From a virus (Duplodnaviria > Caudoviricetes): a stretch of 27,334 nt of DNA. Shown one piece after another: positions 8,561 through 17,530 of the stretch (its first letter is position 1; the number at the start of each line of letters is the position of its first letter). The DNA lies in the IMG/VR virus record IMGVR_UViG_3300035670_001058, positions 1 through 27,334 of that record, one strand, 5' to 3'. Both the position numbers and the translations under genes were made by a program. A model generated the notes under the pieces. The model ran no database searches and had not been told where the DNA came from. It saw only the letters and a program-made list of their open reading frames with translations.

Positions 8561-9464
8561 TTAAAAAATTCTCCCAATAAGTCTTTATTACATTCCAATG
8601 ATAAAATTGTCTATAGTATTGTTGTTGAAATTTCATTTTATTTTCATCTACGTTGGATAACATTTCAGGTAGCTGATCTATAACTGCAGCAAATTGTGTA
8701 GCTAACAAAGTTCTATTATTTTGATAAGGAACATATATTGGGAACTCAGCACATGTTTCATATAAAGCACCGAGGTCCGTGATTGCTGCTGCGAGTCCAC
8801 AGGCTAACGATTCCATGGCCGCTAAACAAAAGGTTTCTTCAAATATAGAAGGATGAATATAAGCATCATAAGTATGTAATACTTTCATCAATTCTTTGTG
8901 ATTAATATAACCTTTATAATTAACATTTTTTATTGATTTTGCTTTTTCATATAATGCTACAAACTTATCATCTGTTAGCTTTTTAAAAGCATCTCCATAG
9001 ATTTGTGTACTTGAATAAATATCTAGTTCTACTTTATCTGTTTTAATTTGTTCCATAGCATTAAGTAAAACTTCTAGTCCACGCCAAGGAGTTGAAGTAA
9101 AAACTAATTTTAATTTATCTTTAGGTTTAAAATCTGTCTTTATAATTAAATCATCATCAAATCCGTTTTTAATAACTAAACATAATTCAGTTGGTAAACT
9201 AAAAAAGTATCTAAACTTTTCATACGTCCAATGTGAATTAAATACATAATAATCATATTTACCGTGATTTAATTTATTTTTAAACCAAGGCATAACATTA
9301 GGTTGGTCATAACTATTATGTACCCAAAGAACATTAGGTTTATTAATAAGTAATGGTGTCTTTTCTGGAATGGATGTTGTGATTTGAACTTTATCAAGAA
9401 GTTCTTTTGATACGTACTTATGTAAGTATTCTACTTGGATTTCGGTTCCGCCGTAAGGATTCAT
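8550..9464 (-). CDS. GT-B fold glycosyltransferase (GT4/Glycos_transf_1-like)
   Basis: N-terminal GGTE, STPWRGL, PS.FEETFCLAAME (EX7E), ACG...TDLGAL motifs. Confidence 0.88.
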   Translation of the reverse strand: MNPYGGTEIQVEYLHKYVSKELLDKVQITTSIPEKTPLLINKPNVLWVHNSYDQPNVMPWFKNKLNHGKYDYYVFNSHWTYEKFRYFFSLPTELCLVIKNGFDDDLIIKTDFKPKDKLKLVFTSTPWRGLEVLLNAMEQIKTDKVELDIYSSTQIYGDAFKKLTDDKFVALYEKAKSIKNVNYKGYINHKELMKVLHTYDAYIHPSIFEETFCLAAMESLACGLAAAITDLGALYETCAEFPIYVPYQNNRTLLATQFAAVIDQLPEMLSNVDENKMKFQQQYYRQFYHWNVIKTYWENFLNGI

Positions 9465-9679
9465 TCCTTGGTTTTACCAAATACTGACAAAGATGCAACT
9501 GTTATTTTTAGATCTTGTTGTAAATCTTCTGCTTTTGTAGATGTATTAGGATTTGCTACATCTGCATTAAATTCTTCAATACTAGAGTAAACTTGTCCAG
9601 TTATTTTATTTTTAATAGTTTCTTCAGCTTTAGCTGGTAAGATTGGAACTTCTACTCCATCAATTATTGTAGTTTTCAT
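9461..9679 (-). CDS. Hypothetical protein (72 aa), first gene of glycosyltransferase cassette
   Basis: ORF with promoter-like sequence directly upstream; ATGA overlap with the GT4 gene. Confidence 0.75.
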   Translation of the reverse strand: MKTTIIDGVEVPILPAKAEETIKNKITGQVYSSIEEFNADVANPNTSTKAEDLQQDLKITVASLSVFGKTKE

Positions 9680-9687
9680 AAGCGACT

Positions 9688-9717
9688 ATTATATATTATT
9701 AACGTCTTCCTTGTCCA
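9688..9717 (-). promoter_or_regulatory. Putative sigma70 promoter for glycosyltransferase cassette (near-leaderless)
   Basis: TGGACA (9717-9712)-N18-TATAAT (9693-9688), 8 nt before ATG 9679, no SD. Confidence 0.55.
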
Positions 9718-9830
9718 CGATATTCTTTTCTATCATTTCTTTTATTTGGACTTTTTGAGTGTCTTCCAGGTCTTTTTTTATTAGTATGCTTAATAAAAGC
9801 ACCTGAACCATTACTTACTTTTCTAGCCAT
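9699..9830 (-). CDS. Small very basic protein, 43 aa (not in ORF track)
   Basis: MARKVSNGSGAFIKHTNKKRPGRHSKSPNKRNDRKEYRGQGRR*. ATG overlaps the upstream stop (TAATG) and the ORF fills the gap. C-terminal YRGQG is a motif I recognise from small aquatic-phage proteins. Confidence 0.8.
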   Translation of the reverse strand: MARKVSNGSGAFIKHTNKKRPGRHSKSPNKRNDRKEYRGQGRR

Positions 9831-10168
9831 TAACCGTTTTGATCGTTTCTATTCATTTCTAATATAGATAATACTGCAGATATAGCAGTAGTGTCATTAG
9901 TTTGCAATAGTATGGAATCGCTTTCTTCTAATACAATAGGACCATTTGCAATATTACAAATAGTAGGACCTGTTATACTAGCATAGGCTATTTGATAAGT
10001 AGTGCTTACTGATGAGTCTATAATTGAAGCTTTTAATATTTTAGATCCAGATTCATTTGTAACTTGAATGTTTTGTATAATTGCTCTTGAATTAGATGGA
10101 CAAGCATATACAGAAATTACTGCTGTTGTTGTCGGATCGTAAAATGCGTTTATATAATAATTAGCCAT
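9830..10168 (-). CDS. Small beta-rich virion structural protein
   Basis: 112 aa; 'VY.CP....AII..I.V.N', 'PIVLE..D.I' pattern; coupled to neighbours. Confidence 0.55.
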   Translation of the reverse strand: MANYYINAFYDPTTTAVISVYACPSNSRAIIQNIQVTNESGSKILKASIIDSSVSTTYQIAYASITGPTICNIANGPIVLEESDSILLQTNDTTAISAVLSILEMNRNDQNG

Positions 10169-11397
10169 TATGTTAAATCATACCATTTTAATAAACCAGC
10201 TACATCTCCATTAGCTGATCCTGGTCTTACACCTAAAGTTAAAGTATCTGATGTACCACCAATTGTTTGTCCAAGTTGATTTGAAAATGCTATAAAATCT
10301 CCACCTAAAGTAAAAGGAGCCGTTTTACCACCTAAATATCCACCAGCAATTCTTGTCCCTAATACAGTTAAATCACTTGTTGTTAAATCATATTCTACGT
10401 TATCACTAAAACTTGCATATGAAAATGGAGTGGATGGTGTGGCATTAACAAATAATCCCCATTCAAAATCCCCGTTAGATACGTTTAAGACATCTATTCC
10501 TGCAGGAACAATAACTGCATAAGGTCTTCCTGATTTAATTCTAATCGTTGCAATATTATAATAAGTATTTGCTGTTGTTAAATTTACACCTGTACTAAGA
10601 GTTGTTGTACTAATCATTTGTTCTAATCCTTCAGGAGAATAACCACCTTCAGAAATACAAGAAGAACATATTTGTTGTAATGTATAAGTTCCAGCTGTTA
10701 ATGTTCCAGCTCTTTCAATCTCATATCTAATTGGTAAATTTGCAGTTTGCATATAAACAGTTGTTAAACTATTAGCATTATTAAAAGTATGTGCTGTAAT
10801 TAATTGACCATTAATAACAAAACCAACTCTAACTGAACCTACTCCTAACCATTCAACATCAATAAATAATATATTAGATGTCGCTGGATCTAAATCAAAT
10901 CCACTTGCACCTGTTCCATTTAAGATATCCCCATTCCAACTAGACTGTGATATCTCAGTATCAACTGCTGCTCCTGATGTATAAGTTCGTCTAACTATTT
11001 TAAGTGTTGTCCCATCTGCTGTAAAAAATATTCCATTATTAGCATCAAATAATCCAACCTTTTGTTTTAAATTTGTAGTAGGTTCATTCATTACAAATGT
11101 ATTAAAAATAAGCAATGACTTACCTGGTTGATAAGACATAACTCTATTAGATTGTCTTACTGTTTTAGAACTTGCTGCTTCTGTTACATTTAAATTAACT
11201 GTAGATTTATTAGCTGTATAAGAGACTGTTCCACCATTTGCAGTAGTGGAATTAAATAAAGTATTCTGTGACATTATATTCTTACTGTCAAAGATCGTTA
11301 AAGGATTAGAAACCCTTAATCTTCCAAAGGCATCTAAAGTATTACCACCAAAAGTAACTAATTCGCCACTACCAATATTTACATTATTACAGCTCAT
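10168..11397 (-). CDS. Virion structural protein, lectin/jelly-roll-like fibre or spike candidate
   Basis: DAFGRLRVS N-terminal motif, YQPGKS, EWLGVG.VR.GF, NLPIRYEI; Thr/Ser/Gly-rich beta composition. Confidence 0.55.
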   Translation of the reverse strand: MSCNNVNIGSGELVTFGGNTLDAFGRLRVSNPLTIFDSKNIMSQNTLFNSTTANGGTVSYTANKSTVNLNVTEAASSKTVRQSNRVMSYQPGKSLLIFNTFVMNEPTTNLKQKVGLFDANNGIFFTADGTTLKIVRRTYTSGAAVDTEISQSSWNGDILNGTGASGFDLDPATSNILFIDVEWLGVGSVRVGFVINGQLITAHTFNNANSLTTVYMQTANLPIRYEIERAGTLTAGTYTLQQICSSCISEGGYSPEGLEQMISTTTLSTGVNLTTANTYYNIATIRIKSGRPYAVIVPAGIDVLNVSNGDFEWGLFVNATPSTPFSYASFSDNVEYDLTTSDLTVLGTRIAGGYLGGKTAPFTLGGDFIAFSNQLGQTIGGTSDTLTLGVRPGSANGDVAGLLKWYDLT

Positions 11398-11573
11398 TAG
11401 CAGCCAAACCTCATACTAAACCAAATATTCCTTTCAACTTCTTGTTTTAATTCTTCTTGAAAAGAAAAGTTTAATTGGTCTTTTAATGTTTCTAATGCTT
11501 GATTAATTTGTCTTAAACTTTCTACAGTATAATCCTGTGGTGGTTCTGGTATGTAAAGATTTATTTTAGCCAT
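11397..11573 (-). CDS. Hypothetical protein, 58 aa (not in ORF track)
   Basis: MAKINLYIPEPPQDYTVESLRQINQALETLKDQLNFSFQEELKQEVERNIWFSMRFGC*. TAATG overlaps at both ends; fills the gap exactly. Confidence 0.85.
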   Translation of the reverse strand: MAKINLYIPEPPQDYTVESLRQINQALETLKDQLNFSFQEELKQEVERNIWFSMRFGC

Positions 11574-13519
11574 TATGTTTGTGGAGCACTTCCACCTCTG
11601 CCGTCTGGTTGTATATCCACTCTGAATATACCATAACGCCAGTTATCATTAAGTGCGTCGTTTTCAATTTTAATTGATGCAAGTCTTCCTCTTGCACGTG
11701 TATCTATCTTATCTGTTGTTGAGGTTATTGTAAATGGTCCAACGGTTGTTTCTCCTAATGCACTCGTTGTATCTGCGGGATAAGCTCTAAAGAATAAAGT
11801 TACTTTTGTATTACCTTCTAAATATTTAAAGTCTGGAATAAATCTTCTTATTTTAATAAAGTATTCTCCATCCCCATCTATATCTAAATCAAAATCTCCC
11901 GATCTTACAAATGCAGATATGGCAACGCTTGTTGTACTAGTAGAGGTTAAATTAAATACTTCATTAACTCCAACTTCATGTTCAAATACATAACTACCTC
12001 CATTACTTACCCCATTAATAGTTGGAGTGTTAGGAGTTAAAGTTTCTATATATTTAGTTGCAGTAGGATTATCAAATACATGAGCATCCTCATATGTTGT
12101 TCTTGCAAGTGTACCCGTTGTCCATGTTTTAGCTTCATAGTTATAAGAAACTACTCTATCTATTTGTGTAGAACCTGCTTTTGAGTAAAACCAATTAATT
12201 TCAGTATATAAACTATTATGTCCTGCAAACACTATATCTCCTTGCACATAGTTTATACCTAAACTATCTCCTCCTGTTGTAAATACAAAATCTTCAACAG
12301 AAGAAGGTAATGTTTTAACTGTTCCATCAAATACAAAGAAATTACCAGAATCCCCCATCCAATATACAGCACCATCTACGAAGACTGCTGCATGCTGACC
12401 AATGCAACCACAATTAGATCCAACCTGACGTATACTAAATGTAAAAGGTGGTCCTACAAACTGCATTGTGTATGCTGCTTCATCTGTTAAAATTAACATA
12501 TAATCTTTACCCTTAACTGCAGCTACAATTGTGCTTCCATTATCTATTCTAAACGTACCTGCTGTATTAGTTGAAGTTGGTTCATACACTTCAATATCTT
12601 CTTGATCCGAAAATCTTATAAACATTGGATCTTGAGTTGCAGGATTTCCTATGATTGTTTCTGTTCCAAAATGAATTAAATGTCTATCTCTATCGGATAC
12701 CCTTGTTAATACAGATGCTGTAGGATTTCCTGTTATAATAGTTGCTCTTGTATTTACACCTGCTCCTGCATTCGGATCCCATTTATAAGTAGAACCATTT
12801 TTAACAGTTGCTATTAATAGTTCTCCAAAGTTATCCAAGGACCACGATGCTGCATCAATATCTGTATTAGAAGTTGTTCTAGCTGTACCCCAAGTAGAGA
12901 TACCCCATTGTCCTGCTCCCCATCCATATCCAAATGTAGAAAGAATAGGCCCTACAAATACGTAAGGAGTTGTTGTAATAGTTCCACCTGCGGTAACTCC
13001 TGTACCAGATTCAGCTACTGGCATAGTGATAGTAAAAGTTCCTGTTGTTGGAACTGTTTGTATTTCAAAAGTATTAGTTGTAAAATCAGCAGCTACAAAA
13101 CTTGTTGTAGGAGAACCTGGTGTAGTTACACCTGTAAATATAATTAAATCTCCAGGATTTAAACCATGTGCTGTTTTATTAATTGTTACTGTTAAAGATC
13201 CTGTAGTAGATGTATAGGTACAACTTGTTAACGCTGTGCCAAGTGGAGTAATATCATAAAAAGTATCTTCAAATAAAACATATAAAATTTTATTAGTTCC
13301 AATAGCTTCATAACGTCTACCTGTTAAATCAAACCAAGAATGAATGTCTCTAGCTGCTCCAACAATAATAGATGTATTAATCTGTGCCCAACCTCCTATT
13401 TTTTCAGGTGATCCGTATTGAAAACGAACGTTATCTCCGTCTATCCAACGACCTTCTGCTTGAGATGCAGTATCGTTCTTATCAAAACCTGGAGGTAATG
13501 GTATCTTTTTTAATGGCAT
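11573..13519 (-). CDS. Tail nozzle / packaged-DNA stabilisation protein (P22 gp10 / T7 gp12-like)
   Basis: 648 aa beta-rich; 'W.DGDNVRF...PEKIGGW', 'IRFSDQE', 'N.GCIG', 'RARGR......WR.G..R.D..PDGR' termini typical of podovirus nozzle proteins. Confidence 0.7.
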   Translation of the reverse strand: MPLKKIPLPPGFDKNDTASQAEGRWIDGDNVRFQYGSPEKIGGWAQINTSIIVGAARDIHSWFDLTGRRYEAIGTNKILYVLFEDTFYDITPLGTALTSCTYTSTTGSLTVTINKTAHGLNPGDLIIFTGVTTPGSPTTSFVAADFTTNTFEIQTVPTTGTFTITMPVAESGTGVTAGGTITTTPYVFVGPILSTFGYGWGAGQWGISTWGTARTTSNTDIDAASWSLDNFGELLIATVKNGSTYKWDPNAGAGVNTRATIITGNPTASVLTRVSDRDRHLIHFGTETIIGNPATQDPMFIRFSDQEDIEVYEPTSTNTAGTFRIDNGSTIVAAVKGKDYMLILTDEAAYTMQFVGPPFTFSIRQVGSNCGCIGQHAAVFVDGAVYWMGDSGNFFVFDGTVKTLPSSVEDFVFTTGGDSLGINYVQGDIVFAGHNSLYTEINWFYSKAGSTQIDRVVSYNYEAKTWTTGTLARTTYEDAHVFDNPTATKYIETLTPNTPTINGVSNGGSYVFEHEVGVNEVFNLTSTSTTSVAISAFVRSGDFDLDIDGDGEYFIKIRRFIPDFKYLEGNTKVTLFFRAYPADTTSALGETTVGPFTITSTTDKIDTRARGRLASIKIENDALNDNWRYGIFRVDIQPDGRGGSAPQT

Positions 13520-13530
13520 ATTTAATGCCT

Positions 13531-13559
13531 ATTATACTATTTTTGTCTTAGTGGTGGAA
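13531..13559 (-). promoter_or_regulatory. Possible promoter re-initiating structural genes
   Basis: Perfect TATAAT (13536-13531) immediately after the upstream stop; -35 (TTCCAC at N17) is weak. Confidence 0.35.
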
Positions 13560-14190
13560 TACCAAGTAAAGGTCTTTTATCATATAAATTGGAATCTGCA
13601 AACTGTCCATTTACATGGTTATAATGCAAGAAAACTTGAGCACAAATGTTTCCTGTAAACTCTTCTCGCCAATGTTCTAATTCACAACCTGAATAAACTA
13701 ACATATCACCAGGTTCAAGATCTACTCTTATTCCAGCAGGTGCATTAGGTTTCATAATATTTTTATATTCATCTATTACATTATTACTTCCTGTTGGATC
13801 TATAAATATGGGCCAACTATCTCCACCTAGATTTAATGTTGTAGATATCTCACAAGATGGTCTATCTTTATGTCTTTTCAATATTGAACCTTTTTCATAC
13901 ACACGTGCGTACGAGTATGTGGGAATTAAATTTAAATTAGTTTCTTTTTTCATTATTGGCATAACTCTCATTAATAATGTCTCCATAGCAAAGTCTGCAT
14001 AATGAGAATATACATTTGGAACCTGTTGATCTTTCCACGTTCCGAATAAACTATTTTCAGCAATGATGTTATTACTATACATATAATTAACAGCGTCTCT
14101 CTTTAGAAGAAAATAATTAAATACAAAGTTAGCAAGATCGTATGGAATTGCTTTTTTAATTACTTGATATTTATTCTGTGCGAAACTCAT
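13537..14190 (-). CDS. 2OG-Fe(II) oxygenase (HxD type)
   Basis: L.RHKDRPSCEIS.T, GDMLVYSGC...HWRE, QVFLHY. Confidence 0.85.
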   Translation of the reverse strand: MSFAQNKYQVIKKAIPYDLANFVFNYFLLKRDAVNYMYSNNIIAENSLFGTWKDQQVPNVYSHYADFAMETLLMRVMPIMKKETNLNLIPTYSYARVYEKGSILKRHKDRPSCEISTTLNLGGDSWPIFIDPTGSNNVIDEYKNIMKPNAPAGIRVDLEPGDMLVYSGCELEHWREEFTGNICAQVFLHYNHVNGQFADSNLYDKRPLLGIPPLRQK

Positions 14191-14780
14191 GCTTGCATAC
14201 CTGCTTGTAAAAAATTAAATGATACTGATATTCTTATATCATCAGATTGATTAGGATCAACACAATGATTTAACCATGAAGGAAACATTATAAGTCTTCC
14301 TGCAATTGGTTGATAATGAACTTCTCTCCATAAATAAGATGGTAATTGTCCTTCTTTTCTTTTTGGATGAGTCATGGCTGCAACTGATTTTGGATCTTCA
14401 CATTTTAAATGACCACAGTTTTCTGGAGTTTTAACATAATAAACACCTGACCATAATGAATTAGGATGCATGTGAGGTCTATTATATCCACCTTTATAAT
14501 TGATGTTTGCCCACATATTACCAAGGAATGGTTCGTTATCTAATAACTCTTCTTTGTAAATATGAAATTGTGCTTTAAATAATAAATCAACGAGTTCTAT
14601 ATATTCTGGAAGTTTATGCATATTAGTTTCACTATGCCATCCATTCATATTAGTTTTTTGAACACCTTTATCTCGTTTAGACCATTCAATAATATGATGT
14701 TCTAAATGTTTATTTAATTGTGGAGTTCCAACATCTGCCACATAAATTGGAGTTGCAAAAAATAATTCTCTATTCATCAT
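14187..14780 (-). CDS. 2OG-Fe(II) oxygenase (HxH type, 2OG-FeII_Oxy_5/TIGR02466-like)
   Basis: WANIN..GGYN.PHMHPNS.WSGVYYV, FPSWL.H.V, RISVSFN. Confidence 0.88.
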   Translation of the reverse strand: MMNRELFFATPIYVADVGTPQLNKHLEHHIIEWSKRDKGVQKTNMNGWHSETNMHKLPEYIELVDLLFKAQFHIYKEELLDNEPFLGNMWANINYKGGYNRPHMHPNSLWSGVYYVKTPENCGHLKCEDPKSVAAMTHPKRKEGQLPSYLWREVHYQPIAGRLIMFPSWLNHCVDPNQSDDIRISVSFNFLQAGMQA

Positions 14781-15355
14781 TTAAATGGAGTTCCTCCAAA
14801 CCACATTACAAGTGATTTTCTTGTACCTTTTGTAATTGGTATTACACGATGTCTAATATAACTTGCAAAGAAAATAGCTTGTCCTTGTTTAGGTCTTGCA
14901 ATCTTTCCATCTGACATAAGTTCTAATCCACCACCTTCAAATTCTGATTCATGTGATAATAAACAAGTCATAGATATTTTTCTCACCGGTGGTTCATTTG
15001 CACAATTAACATCTGAATCTATATGCCAATCATAAAATCCTCCTGCTGGGTACTCCGTATACTGTGCGGGTTCCGTTATTTGCATTCCTTCAAATCCAAA
15101 ATGATTACCATTAGTTTGAAGCATAATTCTCTCTAATGTTTTATACATTTCAGGTAATTTATTAAATGGTATCCAGCTAATGTGAGATGTTCTAACCTTT
15201 GTATCTACTACACCACCTTTTCCTCCTCCAACCTGACCACTTTCTTTTGGTTCAGATTGACCTGCTTTAATAATTAATTGACATTGTTCTGGTGTAAATA
15301 ATGGTGAAGTTGTTTCTACAATTAACGACTTCCAACGTGGTTCTGTGATTATCAT
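14777..15355 (-). CDS. Prolyl 4-hydroxylase-like 2OG-Fe(II) oxygenase (2OG-FeII_Oxy_3/PKHD type)
   Basis: YDWHID, RKISM, FEGGGL, F.SY..HRV.PITKG.RKSLV.W. Confidence 0.88.
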   Translation of the reverse strand: MIITEPRWKSLIVETTSPLFTPEQCQLIIKAGQSEPKESGQVGGGKGGVVDTKVRTSHISWIPFNKLPEMYKTLERIMLQTNGNHFGFEGMQITEPAQYTEYPAGGFYDWHIDSDVNCANEPPVRKISMTCLLSHESEFEGGGLELMSDGKIARPKQGQAIFFASYIRHRVIPITKGTRKSLVMWFGGTPFK

Positions 15356-16002
15356 TGTGCTCCTCTGTTAGCTATTGGATCATAAAGAACATCACAATTA
15401 GCTGCTAATGTTCTTCTTGTTTCATTTGTTCCATTGAATGGATAGACGCAATGTCTCATGTCATATGGAAATATATAAAAGTCTCGTAGTTCCATTGGTG
15501 GTTGATAATCTACCTTTGCAAACTGACCATTGGTTGCACCTAGTATTTGTAATCTTCCATTTTGTGGAGCTTGGGCTGCTGAATATTCTACACCATAAGT
15601 ATTTGGTAATTTTAAAATCATCACCGATGATAAACCTGTGAACAAATTGCCCTGGTGTATGTGCACAGGATTAAATTCGTGGGCTTTCATTTCATTAACC
15701 CAGATTGAATTTAAATGAGTTTGATATTTTCTAATATGATTAAATTCTAAATAATGATGAAACATTTCCATGAACCATTGTTTAACATTTAATGGTAAAT
15801 GATCATGTCTTTGCATCTTTGATGTATCTTCTCCATCATAATATATAGAATGTTCATTCATAATCTTACCAACTAATTGTTTATTAGCTGGATATAATTG
15901 ATTAAACTTTTGTTCGTAAATTGAATTAATAGTTGAGAATATATCTAAAGGCGTTTCATAACGCATGACACATTGTCCTAAAAATGTGAAATTAAATTTC
16001 AT
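15352..16002 (-). CDS. 2OG-Fe(II) oxygenase-like protein (HxH type)
   Basis: IWVNEM...EFNPVHIH, LSSVM.LK, IFPY...H.VYPF, RRTLAAN. Confidence 0.78.
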   Translation of the reverse strand: MKFNFTFLGQCVMRYETPLDIFSTINSIYEQKFNQLYPANKQLVGKIMNEHSIYYDGEDTSKMQRHDHLPLNVKQWFMEMFHHYLEFNHIRKYQTHLNSIWVNEMKAHEFNPVHIHQGNLFTGLSSVMILKLPNTYGVEYSAAQAPQNGRLQILGATNGQFAKVDYQPPMELRDFYIFPYDMRHCVYPFNGTNETRRTLAANCDVLYDPIANRGAQ

Positions 16003-16345
16003 TCTTCATTTCCTGTCTTATCTTTGTTGCAGATATTTCTTGAATCTGTTTTGGTAATACGATCTCTTCAATCTTATAACCAACATCTCGACCATAACAA
16101 ATATTAGTTATATTTGCAACTTTGATAACTTCAAATTTACCTACATAATCTTGTAATTTTTCCTCAATTCGTTTCTTAATATCTTCAAATTCAAAAGGAT
16201 TATTATCTGACTTTGGCATGGTTCTAACCATGATTTGAACTTGTCCTGTTCTTTTTAATATCTCTTTAAATAAAGCTAAATGACCATCATGGAATGGCTG
16301 CCATCTGCCTAACATCTGTGCTGTTGGTTTAGAGTAGTCTATCAT
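15992..16345 (-). CDS. Minimal HxGH-family nucleotidyltransferase (NadM/cytidylyltransferase-like; candidate ATP sulfurylase)
   Basis: GRWQPFHDGH, NPF, GRDVGY, ISATKIR; 117 aa; overlaps the APS kinase-like gene. Confidence 0.8.
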   Translation of the reverse strand: MIDYSKPTAQMLGRWQPFHDGHLALFKEILKRTGQVQIMVRTMPKSDNNPFEFEDIKKRIEEKLQDYVGKFEVIKVANITNICYGRDVGYKIEEIVLPKQIQEISATKIRQEMKNEI

Positions 16346-16718
16346 GTATCTCCTTTATTATGTTATCGTAATTAAAATCTTTTATCTCAAAGTCTACTTT
16401 TTTAGGTTTTTCAAATACTTTATTCGTATCTTCAAATCTTCCTTTATCAATTGTATTCATCCAAATCTTCATACCATAGAAAGATCTATAAGATTCAAAT
16501 GGACAAACGAAATCTACAACAACATGATTAACTGCAAGATCACACATCGTCATCATACGATTCGCTTGTCGTTTACGACCATCCTCTGTAAAATCCCAAT
16601 CTTCAAATAACTTTCTAATCTCATCAGCATTGAAGTGTGGTATTTTTTTACCTTCTATTAATTTCTTTGCAAATGTAGTTTTGCCTGATCCTGGTAATCC
16701 AAATATTAATATCTTCAT
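16329..16718 (-). CDS. cysC: Adenylylsulfate (APS) kinase-like P-loop kinase
   Basis: GLPGSGKTT P-loop, NADEIR, DFT..GR.RQ..R, DFVCP, FE.P; matches CysC motif order; adjacent to the sulfotransferase. Confidence 0.72.
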   Translation of the reverse strand: MKILIFGLPGSGKTTFAKKLIEGKKIPHFNADEIRKLFEDWDFTEDGRKRQANRMMTMCDLAVNHVVVDFVCPFESYRSFYGMKIWMNTIDKGRFEDTNKVFEKPKKVDFEIKDFNYDNIIKEIHDRLL

Positions 16719-17530
16719 TAAAATTTTATATGTCCATATGCATCAACAATGCTTTTAGGCAATTGTGATCTATAAGGATTGTCTTCCTTTCTAATCTCTT
16801 CTCTAATCGTATGCATTCTATTTCCAACCACTGTATCGTCGTAACTCATACCATTTATTTGAAACTGTTTCAAGGATTTAAAGTTATGATTAAATCTAGG
16901 TATTTTTAAAAAGTCATATATTTTATTTATTTCAATGTCTGGTTGATTTACTAAATCATCATATTTTAAATAATGACACATGTTAGGATAATTGTAAGAA
17001 TTTTTAATAGCTTCTAAATCTTTTGCAATCGCACCATCTTTATTCATGAGCATCCAAAGTTTTTCCTCAACAGTTTGTTTACCGTATTTATGAACAAAGC
17101 TTGTTGGCTCTCTTTCAAACCATTTAACATAAGATGCAAGAACATCTAAAACATCTCTTAAAATAATAATGCATTTAAATGGTCGTTTGAAATGCTTCTG
17201 CATTAACATAAAATTACCAGGTGTCATGACAGGACCCCTGTCTATAATATAACGTTGTGGCCAGTCTTTATAGTAAGTATCAAAGACGATATCTAATACG
17301 TTATCTAATGATTTATGATCTGGGTAATTTTGAAAGACATCTGTTTCTTTAAGTAAAAACAAATCTTTCATTATTTCTAATGTAATAGAATTAGGTGTAC
17401 AGGCGATATCTGGGTTTTGATTTATAATGGAACCAAATAGAGTATTACCTGATCTTGGTAATGCGACTAAAAAGAATAATTCTTTAGCTGTTTGGTTTTC
17501 CAAAAGTTGGGATTGATTTCTTCTCATCAT
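16718..17530 (-). CDS. PAPS-dependent sulfotransferase
   Basis: 5'-PSB loop LPRSGNTL, 3'-PB motif RDVLDVLAS, YDDLV..P; true start may lie a few codons downstream. Confidence 0.87.
   Translation of the reverse strand: MMRRNQSQLLENQTAKELFFLVALPRSGNTLFGSIINQNPDIACTPNSITLEIMKDLFLLKETDVFQNYPDHKSLDNVLDIVFDTYYKDWPQRYIIDRGPVMTPGNFMLMQKHFKRPFKCIIILRDVLDVLASYVKWFEREPTSFVHKYGKQTVEEKLWMLMNKDGAIAKDLEAIKNSYNYPNMCHYLKYDDLVNQPDIEINKIYDFLKIPRFNHNFKSLKQFQINGMSYDDTVVGNRMHTIREEIRKEDNPYRSQLPKSIVDAYGHIKF

Noticed and set aside
11390-11410. Programmed frameshift fusing the 58-aa and 409-aa ORFs
   Set aside because: No slippery heptamer; the junction is an ordinary TAATG coupling like many others in this window.
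12131-12143. 13-bp inverse match to the exonuclease-start element (AGCTTCATAGTTA)
   Set aside because: Isolated, mid-gene and explained by ordinary codons for N-Y-E-A; probably chance.
13537-16002. TET/JBP-type DNA hypermodification cluster
   Set aside because: The oxygenases look like P4H- and TIGR02466-type rather than TET/JBP, no cytosine methyltransferase or nucleotide-modifying gene is adjacent, and the cluster lies among virion genes. Kept only as an alternative hypothesis.
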